DNA of 64,000 bases, taken from the IMG/VR virus record IMGVR_UViG_3300044655_001017, one strand, 5' to 3'. The stretch is from a virus (taxonomy: Duplodnaviria > Caudoviricetes). The notes beneath the pieces were generated by a model. It saw nothing but the letters and a program-made list of their open reading frames with translations, made no database searches and was not told the DNA's origin. Positions 52,630 through 61,427 of the stretch are shown piece after piece (position 1 is the stretch's first letter; each line of letters opens with the position of its first letter). Both the position numbers and the translations under genes were made by a program.

Positions 52630-52668
52630 AACATAGCTGTTGACATTTGTTAACAGCTATGTTATTAT
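52630..52668 (+). promoter_or_regulatory. 15-bp inverted repeat overlapping the sigma70 promoter of hsp20 (also a likely dnaK terminator)
   Basis: aacatagctgttgac / gttaacagctatgtt; TTGACA(52640)-N17-TATTAT(52663). Confidence 0.7.
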
Positions 52669-52727
52669 ATACGCAAATAAACGCCGTAAGGGTTTAAATA
52701 GTCCTCGCTTACAATAAGGAGATTTTT

Positions 52728-53186
52728 ATGTCACATCCGCAACAACCAAGACTAACTATAAGTACTGCCGAATTAGCAGTGTTAAATAAAGCATTAATAG
52801 GGTTTGATACTTTATTTACAAACGTATTAGCAGCAACTGCGGCTAATAATTATCCACCACATAACATTGTAAAATACAACGATACTTACTACGAAATAGA
52901 AGTAGCAGTCGCTGGATTTACTAAACACGATATTAAAGTTGAAGTTAATCAAGATTTACTTGTTATTACAGGTAAAAAAAACGCAAATACAAAATACAAT
53001 CCCGAATTAAATGAAAGAAAAGAATTCCTTCATCGCGGATTAGCATTTAGAGATTTTGAACAAAACTTTACACTTGCAGAGTATATGGAAGTTAAAGATG
53101 CTAAGGTAGAAGATGGCATGCTTACTATTGGTATTGAACGATTAATGCCAGTTGCTTTACAACCCCGTCAAATTCAAATTAAATAA
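52728..53186 (+). CDS. hsp20: Small heat-shock protein Hsp20 (IbpA-like)
   Basis: IGFD, NYPPHNIVK, IEVAVAGF, FLHRGLAFRDF...F.LAEYMEVKDA..EDGMLTI. Confidence 0.95.
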   Translation: MSHPQQPRLTISTAELAVLNKALIGFDTLFTNVLAATAANNYPPHNIVKYNDTYYEIEVAVAGFTKHDIKVEVNQDLLVITGKKNANTKYNPELNERKEFLHRGLAFRDFEQNFTLAEYMEVKDAKVEDGMLTIGIERLMPVALQPRQIQIK

Positions 53187-53194
53187 GGACAAAA

Positions 53195-53503
53195 ATGTCA
53201 GAAAATACAGATATTGCAGTAGACGAAAAAGTACGAGTTCGTGTACCTGAGCCAAACCGTTGGAAAGTTATTTTAATTAACGACGACGTTACACCTGTTG
53301 ATTTTGTAGTAACATTATTAATGGATGTTTTTAAACATGATCCAAATTCTGCAGGTAATATTACTATGCAAATTCACGAAACTGGTTCTAGTATTGCAGG
53401 AGTATATAACTTTGAAATTGCAGAAATTAAAGCAGTAGAATCAACATCACTTGCAAGAGCAGCCGGGTACCCATTACAAATTAAAATGGAGGAAGATAAA
53501 TGA
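53195..53503 (+). CDS. clpS: ATP-dependent Clp protease adaptor ClpS
   Basis: WKVILINDDVTPVDFVV, QIHETGS, EIAEIK, YPLQIKME. Confidence 0.93.
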   Translation: MSENTDIAVDEKVRVRVPEPNRWKVILINDDVTPVDFVVTLLMDVFKHDPNSAGNITMQIHETGSSIAGVYNFEIAEIKAVESTSLARAAGYPLQIKMEEDK

Positions 53504-54027
53504 GTTTAAAAGAATTAACAGCAGAGGCACACAGACTAGCAGAAACCCAACCGTTTGTTAAAAAAATCTTTTCTGGTAATCTTACTAATGAAGAATATGC
53601 AATCTACTTGTATAATCAGTATACTGCATATGAAATTTTAGAAAGTCATGCACTAGTAATAGGGTTATTAAATGACTTACCAGGTATACAACGTGCAGCA
53701 GCGTTACTTGGTGATTTTAAAGAATTATGGCCAGATGATCAAGAAGTGCCACCACTTGCAACTGCTACAGTTTTATATAAAGAACATATTAACAATATTT
53801 CTAACAATCCAGATAAACTACTAGCACACATGTATGTTAGACACATGGGAGATCTATACGGTGGTCAAATGATTGCAAAAAGAATTCCAGGATCCGGATC
53901 CTGTTATAAATTTGATAATGCTGATGCGCTTAAAACTGCCATTCGTGCTAAATTGGACGATTCATTGGCAGACGAGGCATTAGTCTGTTTTAAATTTGCC
54001 ACTCAGTTATTTGAAGAGTTAGCATGA
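53500..54027 (+). CDS. hemO: Heme oxygenase (HO1/HemO-type)
   Basis: LKELTAEAHRLAE (proximal His), LLAHMYVRHMGDLYGGQMI, EALVCF. Confidence 0.92.
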   Translation: MSLKELTAEAHRLAETQPFVKKIFSGNLTNEEYAIYLYNQYTAYEILESHALVIGLLNDLPGIQRAAALLGDFKELWPDDQEVPPLATATVLYKEHINNISNNPDKLLAHMYVRHMGDLYGGQMIAKRIPGSGSCYKFDNADALKTAIRAKLDDSLADEALVCFKFATQLFEELA

Positions 54028-54701
54028 CAGTACTTTGGAATCAATTAATTGATCTTCAACTCATGCTTGAAGATCATTTTAACGAAACTGGAACAATTGT
54101 TGTTGAATCAAATCACGATCGATTTTCTCATAAAGGTTGGATACATAGAGTATGGGAAAGCAAGTTATATCGCAGAGCGCATATAGATATTATTGACGAG
54201 CGTGATACTCGTGGATTATGGATGTTACACTGCTGTATATTTCCACATACTAATAATCCTGCACCAATATTTGGATTTGATATAGTAGCAGGTCGTAATA
54301 AAATTACAGGTTGTTTCCATGATTATAGCCCTGCAGGCGATATTAATCATCCAATGATTAAATGGTTTGCGAACAACGTTGATGAGTTACAATGGAATAA
54401 ATTACGAACATTACCTGATTGGGCTGTTCGTATTTTTTCCCCGTCTATGATAGCTGCAAGCAACGTTCAATCTAGCGAAGAAATAGCACAAATTATTAAT
54501 ACAGTAACATGCACTAGTAAACACTACTTATCATGCGTTGCAAACACAAATAACACTGTTAAAAGCACTGTAGAAGAACAAAACTACTACGCACAAAATC
54601 AAAAGTTAAATCCTCACACTCCTAAAGTTATGGCTGCATTAGGATTAAACGAAGAAGAAGTTAACATCTTTATTCATCAATGCTTATTTCCTGAAATTTA
54701 A
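54024..54701 (+). CDS. Ferredoxin-dependent bilin reductase (PcyA/PcyX-like)
   Basis: YRRAHI, LWMLHCCIFP (His), PIFGFDIVAG (Asp), FHDYSP, LPDWAVRIFS, QNYYAQNQKLNPHT; coupled to heme oxygenase. Confidence 0.88.
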   Translation: MTVLWNQLIDLQLMLEDHFNETGTIVVESNHDRFSHKGWIHRVWESKLYRRAHIDIIDERDTRGLWMLHCCIFPHTNNPAPIFGFDIVAGRNKITGCFHDYSPAGDINHPMIKWFANNVDELQWNKLRTLPDWAVRIFSPSMIAASNVQSSEEIAQIINTVTCTSKHYLSCVANTNNTVKSTVEEQNYYAQNQKLNPHTPKVMAALGLNEEEVNIFIHQCLFPEI

Positions 54702-54708
54702 ATGTAAA

Positions 54709-54738
54709 ATAGTGTATTTATACAGATAAATACACTAT
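54709..54738. promoter_or_regulatory. 12-bp palindrome made of two back-to-back TAAATA motifs upstream of rimK
   Basis: atagtgtattta-tacaga-taaatacactat. Confidence 0.6.
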
Positions 54739-55618
54739 GAAACATTCAGTTATAATTCTCACAAAACAAACTACTATTGACTATGAAACTTCTAAACTGT
54801 TGGCTAATTTTATAGCTAACGGCATTGAAGTGTCAGTCCGTCAATTTAACAACTTTGATATCGTTATAAATCAACCAATTAGATACGATGGGGAAGATTT
54901 CCCCATGCCAGATTTAGTATTAGTACGATTGGGTGCTGGTATTACGTCTGTCGAATTAGCTGTAATTAGATATTTTGAATTACACAGTATTCCATGCGTT
55001 AATTCTAGCAATAGCATTAATATCGTACAAAACAAATTCCACACTAGTCAAATACTGTCACATGCTAACATAGCTGTTCCTACTACAATGCTAGTACACT
55101 TTCCAATTACTAATAACTTAATCGCAACACAGATAGGATTCCCTTGCGTAATTAAAGTGTTAGTTGGTAGTTTTGGTGAAGGTGTGTACTTATGCCATTC
55201 TGAAGACGAATATAAAAAACTAATTGAATTTCTTAAAAACTTAGATAATGATAAAAAATTATTAGTGCAAGAATACATTAATGATCGTCCTGGTGAAGAT
55301 TTACGAGTATTTGTAGTTGGTGATAAAGTGTTAGGTGCAATGAAGCGCACTGCACCGCCTGACGATTTTCGAGCAAATATTACAATAGGTGGCACTGGCG
55401 AGTCATTCCCTGTATCTAAAGAAATAGAAGACATATCACTAGCTACTGCAAAAGCATTAGGATTAGAAATTGCCGGTATTGATCTGTTATTTGATAAAAG
55501 AGGTTTTAGAGTTTGCGAAGCCAATTCAAATCCAGGATTTAACGGTTTTGACCATTATTGCAATACTGACATAGCGAGCGACATAGTTAATTACATTGTT
55601 AAAAGATTATCAGAGTAA
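54737..55618 (+). CDS. rimK: RimK-family ATP-grasp ligase
   Basis: NKFHT, PCVIKVLVGSFGEGV, LVQEYI, DLRVFVVG, FRANITIGG, GIDLL, CEANSNPGF. Confidence 0.9.
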   Translation: MKHSVIILTKQTTIDYETSKLLANFIANGIEVSVRQFNNFDIVINQPIRYDGEDFPMPDLVLVRLGAGITSVELAVIRYFELHSIPCVNSSNSINIVQNKFHTSQILSHANIAVPTTMLVHFPITNNLIATQIGFPCVIKVLVGSFGEGVYLCHSEDEYKKLIEFLKNLDNDKKLLVQEYINDRPGEDLRVFVVGDKVLGAMKRTAPPDDFRANITIGGTGESFPVSKEIEDISLATAKALGLEIAGIDLLFDKRGFRVCEANSNPGFNGFDHYCNTDIASDIVNYIVKRLSE

Positions 55619-55647
55619 TTGACAGGATGACATAAAACCTATACAAT
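55619..55647 (+). promoter_or_regulatory. sigma70-like promoter
   Basis: TTGACA-N17-TACAAT. Confidence 0.7.
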
Positions 55648-55705
55648 ATACACATACTTTATAAATGTATAGAATAATCTTAAACGTAACTTACTACAAC
55701 ATACT

Positions 55706-56215
55706 ATGCCATTAAACATTAACAATTATAAAATTGACGGTTTTCAAAAAGTTTGCGATATAACACTAAAATTAGATAATCATAATCATTGGTATTATGA
55801 AAATATAAATTATCAAGTTATGTATGATACTCATCGATCATGGGTATACTTTATTGTAGAAGATAATGAAATTATAAAAGTTGGGGAAACTGGTAATCCA
55901 TTAGGTATTCAAAAAGTTGAATTTTGGTGGGACCAACAACCGTTGTCCGGTAGCAAATGTCGAATAGGACGATACATTAACGGAGATGGTACTGATGAAT
56001 CTATTAGAGAGCAGTTGTTTGAATCGATGCATAAAAAACTTAACAGCTACTCTTTTTGGGCTAAAAAATGTAACTACATATCATCACCCTTTACAATTTG
56101 GGGTAACCCTTACACTACTAATGCAACTATACACAAAGATTTAGAAAAACAGTATTTAGATTTTATTAAAACACATTCAGGCACATTACCTAGATTAAAC
56201 AAAAGTCGATCTTAA
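55706..56215 (+). CDS. GIY-YIG-like putative nuclease
   Basis: WVYFIV...IIKVGET...R...E pattern, weak. Confidence 0.45.
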   Translation: MPLNINNYKIDGFQKVCDITLKLDNHNHWYYENINYQVMYDTHRSWVYFIVEDNEIIKVGETGNPLGIQKVEFWWDQQPLSGSKCRIGRYINGDGTDESIREQLFESMHKKLNSYSFWAKKCNYISSPFTIWGNPYTTNATIHKDLEKQYLDFIKTHSGTLPRLNKSRS

Positions 56216-56251
56216 ATTATAACATTAACCTTAAATCACACAAAACATAAT

Positions 56252-56914
56252 ATGACAAAATTAAACATCAGAGTAAATAAATTAGCTAAATTAAACATCG
56301 GTCCACGTCCAATTTGCCCAGTATGCAATGTTAAAGAGTGTACTATTGGTAACAAGAAAAAAGACGGAACTTATAGGTTTCAATCAATGTGTACACCATG
56401 CAAACATAAACATCTTGAACAGAAGAATGGTGTGAAATATGCAGTGCGGTGTGCTCAAAATGCAGGTTGTAATTCAATAAAAGAAAACAATGATCGTATT
56501 GCAAAAGAAAACGGGTTTTCATCACATAAATCATACACAGCTCATTTAAATCTACAAATTGCATTAGATAATGGATTTAAAACATATAGAGCATATAGAG
56601 ATCATTTAAACTTACAACTTGCATTAGATAATGGTTTTAGTAATTATACCGATTACGCAAATTCAAAACATGTATGGAGACAACATAGAATGGATTATTG
56701 CGAAAATATAGATGGAAGATTAGGTGAACCGTGTACTAGTACTATTTTATTATCTGGCCAACTAGAGGTTGATCATATTTTTCCTAAAGGTAGAGCTAAA
56801 CGTTTAGGTTGGACTGATGAGCAAATTAATCATCCTAGCAATTTACAAACATTATGTAGAAATTGCCATTCTTATAAAACAATCACAAATAGAGACAGAT
56901 CTATTAATCAATAG
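56252..56914 (+). mobile_element. HNH endonuclease with Zn ribbon and 20-aa internal repeats
   Basis: CPVC/CTPC; NGF...HLNLQ.ALD repeats; LEVDHIF...NLQTLCRNCHSYKT. Confidence 0.85.
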
Positions 56915-57254
56915 TAATTTTATCATCAGATATAATAATTGCAGGGATAGCTCTTATTCCTGCAAGTCTTGCAGCAAAGTATCTGTGATGCCCATCTAAT
57001 ACCATATACTTATCTTCATGTTTTTTTACCATGATAGGTGGTATCTTTTCTCCCATATGATATGCTTTAGCAATCTTCATCATATTCTGCTTACTTGTAG
57101 GATCTTTCATTTTGTTAGGATGTTCAAATGTTATTAATTGTGACATCGGAATTTCTTTAACTTTATGTCGTTCTTTTGCATTCCAACTATTAATACTAGT
57201 ACCATAGTTGTCCGGATCAGTTGACATGTGGGCAGTTACTTCAAATATTCGCAT
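56904..57254 (-). CDS. ParB/Srx-like domain protein
   Basis: IPPIMVKK..DKYMVLDGHHRYFAA; start MRIFEV at 57254 after a GGAG SD. Confidence 0.85.
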   Translation of the reverse strand: MRIFEVTAHMSTDPDNYGTSINSWNAKERHKVKEIPMSQLITFEHPNKMKDPTSKQNMMKIAKAYHMGEKIPPIMVKKHEDKYMVLDGHHRYFAARLAGIRAIPAIIISDDKITID

Positions 57255-57264
57255 AGCAATCTCC

Positions 57265-57363
57265 AAAAAAAAGCCCTGTTCACAGTCGTAAGAGGTAGCG
57301 AATCTCAAACTGTCAGGTAGGGCAACCTTGACGCCTTAGGCACATAAATGTGACGGTCCTAAG
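57265..57363 (-). ncRNA. Candidate structured 5' leader (attenuator/riboswitch-like) of the ParB-like gene
   Basis: Minus strand: cttagg/cctaag with inner cacat/atgtg; then gccct/agggc enclosing acagt/actgt and gag/ctc; U8 tract; then SD; TAAATA promoter just upstream (57374-57379). Confidence 0.55.
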
Positions 57364-57376
57364 TTGTTAAAGTTAT

Positions 57377-58168
57377 TTATCTTTTATTTCGTTCGTAAAT
57401 ATATTCACCATCATCGTCATAGATAGGATCTTTAATTAACACTAACGGTCCTACTTGTACAGCACGTGATCCACCAATAATAGGTCTTTCAGTTTTTCTA
57501 TCATAGAAGAATGCATGTCGTTTAGGATCCATACCTACCTGAGCCCAATTCTTATCATGTAACGCAGCCATTGCTTCTGTCTTTGCATCTTCAGGCGATA
57601 CTTCTTCCCAAAAACCTTTTAGAGTAGCAATTGGAACTTTACTAGTTTCGCCTGTTGCAATGTTCATTGAACCTTTTTGCGGTAACTTAATAGTTACATT
57701 ATTAATGACTGCTGCTCCTCTATGAGAAATAGCAATTCCAGCTTTATTGTGAATAGTTGGAACCCACACATTTTTATGATTATACGCAGGGATGTCTAAT
57801 CGTAATTGCACCACATCACCGTCTGCAATATGTGAATTAATCTTATAACGTTTATCAGCATCTAACCCGCGATTCATATCTTTTTCACTTGCAGGTGTAG
57901 GAACATAATCATACGGTCTTACTGGTTTATATTTTTTTACTAATGCTGTATATTCTGCTCTAGACATCTTTCCAGCTTTAACAGCTTGAGCTGCAGCTTT
58001 TAATTCTGGATGATCTTCTAAACTAAATCTTAATTCTGGTCTTTCAGGTGTCTGACCGTAGTCTTTTTTAACACGTTTTTGTTTTACTCTTGGTTGTAAA
58101 TCTGTAGGTTCATCTTGAAACGGAAGTCCTAATTGTCTATCATTTTCAAGTAATTCAGAAATTCTCAT
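57377..58168 (-). CDS. Late hypothetical protein (MRISELLEND)
   Basis: 263-aa ORF, AGGA SD, TAAATA on minus strand near 58192-58197. Confidence 0.75.
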   Translation of the reverse strand: MRISELLENDRQLGLPFQDEPTDLQPRVKQKRVKKDYGQTPERPELRFSLEDHPELKAAAQAVKAGKMSRAEYTALVKKYKPVRPYDYVPTPASEKDMNRGLDADKRYKINSHIADGDVVQLRLDIPAYNHKNVWVPTIHNKAGIAISHRGAAVINNVTIKLPQKGSMNIATGETSKVPIATLKGFWEEVSPEDAKTEAMAALHDKNWAQVGMDPKRHAFFYDRKTERPIIGGSRAVQVGPLVLIKDPIYDDDGEYIYERNKR

Positions 58169-58271
58169 TTTGTATCCTTAATCATATTCTATATTTATCA
58201 TTATTTCTGCTGGCTTTATTTTTACTCTTTTTGTAGGTAAATACGTTAGTAACTTTATCAAGGAGAGAGAA

Positions 58272-58745
58272 GTGAACAAAATCTTAGTATTATTACTAGT
58301 ATCATCATCAGCATTTTCTGCTGAACTCCAACACTCATTTAATAGTCCATCATTTAGCGGAATTGGGTATAGCAATCACATTCTAACTATCCAACAGTTA
58401 GAACAACAAGGTGTTGAAAAAAACAAATCACTTGCAGATTCATTAGCAGCTAAAGCAGCATCAGCAGCAGCTAATACGCCAGCGGCTAAATTCTTAGCAA
58501 ACTTAGAATCAAGGATATATTCACAACTAGCAAAACAACTTACTGATAGCATGTTTGCCGAAGGGTCTACATGTACTATCCCAGGTGCAACTTGTGGAAA
58601 TATTCCAGACTTAGGTGGAAACACGGTTACATGGGGATTAGGATCAGGTACAGATAATGGACTAATTATTATCAATATTACAAGTAATAGTAATCCAAAT
58701 CAAACAACAACAATGAAAGTACCGGCCGGTACTTTCTATTTTTGA
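58272..58745 (+). CDS. csgF: Curli assembly protein CsgF-like (GTG start)
   Basis: Signal peptide then ELQHSFNSPSFSG (cf. the CsgF FxFxNPxFGG motif), FLANLESRIYSQLAKQL. Confidence 0.75.
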   Translation: MNKILVLLLVSSSAFSAELQHSFNSPSFSGIGYSNHILTIQQLEQQGVEKNKSLADSLAAKAASAAANTPAAKFLANLESRIYSQLAKQLTDSMFAEGSTCTIPGATCGNIPDLGGNTVTWGLGSGTDNGLIIINITSNSNPNQTTTMKVPAGTFYF

Positions 58746-58752
58746 GGTAACT

Positions 58753-59607
58753 ATGAAAAAATTACTATTATTAGCAATTATTCTACTACTACAAGGATGT
58801 GCAGCAAGTAGTTCAATTGAAAAACTTATAACAGGTGAACAGTTTGACGATCCAATCGTTGACAATACACCGTATTTAAAAAAAGAAGAAAATTATTTAG
58901 CTCCGCCGCAAGGTGGACCTATTCCAATTGCAGTATACGGTTTTACGGATAAAACTGGACAACGCAAATCAATACCAAACATTGCTAGTTTAAGTTCTGC
59001 AATTACTCAAGGTGCTGAAAACTATTTAATCAAGTCATTAAAAGAAGTCGGTGATAGTCGTTGGTTTGTAGTACTAGAACGCGTTGGCTTAGACAACCTA
59101 GTTAAAGAACGTCAAATGATTCGCCAAACACGCGAACAGTTCCAAGGCAAAGATGCTACTTCATTACCGGCTATGACATTTGCTGGAATTATTGCAGAAG
59201 GTGCAGTTGTTGGTTATGATTCAAATACAATCACAGGCGGAGCAGGTGTAAGGATATTTGGCATAGGTGGCGAAACACAATATCAAAGCGATACTGTTAC
59301 AGTAAGTTTAAGAATTGTATCAGTAACATCTGGTGAAATTCTAACATCAGTTGTAGTAACTAAAACTGTACTAAGTTATATGGATAAAGTCGGTGTATTA
59401 AGAATGTTCTCTTCAGATACTAAAGCATTAGAAACAGAAGTGGGCGGAAGTATAAATGAAAGTATTAACAAAGCGACTAACAAAGCTATTCAAGCCGCTG
59501 TGGTCGAAACTATTAAAGAAGGTGCTAAGAAAGGTCACTGGGCTTTTAAAGAAGCGCCACAGGAGCTAAAAAATGAAACAACTAATACTACTACTACTAA
59601 TAAGTAG
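58753..59607 (+). CDS. csgG: Curli secretion channel CsgG-like lipoprotein
   Basis: Lipobox LQGC; IAVYGFTDKTGQRK, WFVVLERVGLDNLVKERQMIR, GAVVGYDSN..TGGAG, DTVTVSLRIVSVTSGEIL. Confidence 0.92.
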   Translation: MKKLLLLAIILLLQGCAASSSIEKLITGEQFDDPIVDNTPYLKKEENYLAPPQGGPIPIAVYGFTDKTGQRKSIPNIASLSSAITQGAENYLIKSLKEVGDSRWFVVLERVGLDNLVKERQMIRQTREQFQGKDATSLPAMTFAGIIAEGAVVGYDSNTITGGAGVRIFGIGGETQYQSDTVTVSLRIVSVTSGEILTSVVVTKTVLSYMDKVGVLRMFSSDTKALETEVGGSINESINKATNKAIQAAVVETIKEGAKKGHWAFKEAPQELKNETTNTTTTNK

Positions 59608-60340
59608 TCCAGTGTTTGCAGCAAGTACAGGAGTAAACAATGTATACATTGAACAAGTTGGAAATGCAAATACAATCGTTATTGATCAAATTGGCGGAGG
59701 AAATAATGTCGGTGGCACAGCACTTAATGTTCCTTTACTATACAGTTCTAGTAACACTATTATATCGTTTGTACCAGCTACTGCAAGCTCATCAAATTAT
59801 GCGACTATTACGGGTAATTCTAACCAAGTAACCTTGTCGCATACTGGAGATACTAACTGGGCACAATATAATATTAGCGGAGCAAATAATATATATTCTA
59901 GTATCATTAAAGGTAATCAAAATCAAACGTTACTTAACATTGGACTTGGTACTCCAGTAAATGCTAATGTTGTTACTGAAACAATTACTGGTGATTTAAA
60001 CTATGTTATACAAAGTTTAACTAAAGGTAGCATACATAGTACAATTGATATTAATGGCAGTAACAATGAAGTTACAACACGATTAAATAGCACTAACGGT
60101 GTAGTAGATACAACAGTAAGTGGTGGGTTTAACAGTTTCATTAACGAACAAGACGATGGAGGTATTGGGCATCATCTAGTACAAGATTTTACTGGGAGTT
60201 ATAACTCTGTTGTAACACAGCAGCAAGGTACTAACGATTCTATGATAGATATTAGTACAATTGGAGATCATAATACAATTACTGTAAGGTCAACTAATTC
60301 AAGCAGTATTGTAAATTCAAATACAGCCGTTTCGAGGTAA
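59573..60340 (+). CDS. Curlin-like (CsgA/CsgB-type) secreted repeat protein
   Basis: Signal peptide; repeated N-x-x-x-x-x-Q-x-G-x-x-N units (NNVYIEQVGNAN, NSVVTQQQGTND). Confidence 0.75.
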   Translation: MKQLILLLLISSPVFAASTGVNNVYIEQVGNANTIVIDQIGGGNNVGGTALNVPLLYSSSNTIISFVPATASSSNYATITGNSNQVTLSHTGDTNWAQYNISGANNIYSSIIKGNQNQTLLNIGLGTPVNANVVTETITGDLNYVIQSLTKGSIHSTIDINGSNNEVTTRLNSTNGVVDTTVSGGFNSFINEQDDGGIGHHLVQDFTGSYNSVVTQQQGTNDSMIDISTIGDHNTITVRSTNSSSIVNSNTAVSR

Positions 60341-60341
60341 T

Positions 60342-61427
60342 ATGTGGTTCTTAGTTTTTTTATTATTAGTTGTTAATAATGCTTATGCAGGAATTGGTGC
60401 AGTTTCAGACGCTAAAGGCACTGCATGCAGCATTGAACGTAACAAAGAAAAACTTGCAGGTGATAAAGGCGCATCTATAGAAAGTATGGATGCGTACATT
60501 ACCGGCGGGTGTGTTAGTAACATTCTATTTAAAGATGAAACAAAAGTTAAAATTACAGAGAATAGTAGATTAGTAATAGATGACTTTGTATACGATCCAA
60601 AACAATCAGATGCAGGTAAACTTGCATTAAAAGTTGGATTAGGTACTGTTAGATATGCAAGTGGGCAAATAGCAAAAGCTAATCCACAGCAAGTAGGTAT
60701 TCAAACTCCCACTGCTACAATTGCAGTACGTGGTACTGACTTTACTATGACAGTAGATGAAACTGGCCAATCTCTTATTGTACTACTTCCAAGTTGCAAA
60801 GATGAGAAAGATGTTAAGCAATATGAACTACAAGAGAATATTTGTAAAGTAGGTAAAATTGTAGTTACAAATGATGCAGGGGAAGTTACTTTAGATCAAG
60901 CGTTTCATGCAACTTATGTTAGTAGTAGAACTGCAATGCCAACTGCTCCGGAAGTTATTAGTTTGGTAGAATCTAAAATCAATAATAACTTAATCATTTC
61001 TGCGCCAAAAGAAATTGTTAACGCAATTAAACAAGCAGCTAGAACAAAGAAAGATGAAGAACAAGAAGATTTAGAAAAAGAAGCAACTAGACGATTAGCA
61101 AATCAAGTAGCTAAAACTCAAGAAACTATTGCTGCTAGAATAGAACAGATTGCAGAAACTATACAATCTATTGCACCTTGCGACCCGACATCGCATGTAT
61201 GTGTAATGTGGGAACAACCTAATGCAGACGGTACACAAAAAGGTAAAGGTACTGCATATCGTATAACCCCAGATGAACACTATGCTGAAATTAAAACACA
61301 AGGGTATACTTCTAATACTGCTATATCTATTATTCAAAATGATACTACTGCATCTACAATGATAGGCGACAGCAGTGGCGGTAATACAATAAGTATTACA
61401 CAAACTACCGGAGTGTTAAGACGATGA
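60342..61427 (+). CDS. Secreted FecR-domain protein
   Basis: Signal peptide; KVKITENSRLVID, LKVGLGTVRYASG, IQTPTATIAVRGTDF. Confidence 0.85.
   Translation: MWFLVFLLLVVNNAYAGIGAVSDAKGTACSIERNKEKLAGDKGASIESMDAYITGGCVSNILFKDETKVKITENSRLVIDDFVYDPKQSDAGKLALKVGLGTVRYASGQIAKANPQQVGIQTPTATIAVRGTDFTMTVDETGQSLIVLLPSCKDEKDVKQYELQENICKVGKIVVTNDAGEVTLDQAFHATYVSSRTAMPTAPEVISLVESKINNNLIISAPKEIVNAIKQAARTKKDEEQEDLEKEATRRLANQVAKTQETIAARIEQIAETIQSIAPCDPTSHVCVMWEQPNADGTQKGKGTAYRITPDEHYAEIKTQGYTSNTAISIIQNDTTASTMIGDSSGGNTISITQTTGVLRR

Noticed and set aside
52630-52663. CIRCE element or sigma32 promoter before heat-shock genes
   Set aside because: No TTAGCACTC-N9-GAGTGCTAA and no CTTGAA/CCCCAT pair seen.
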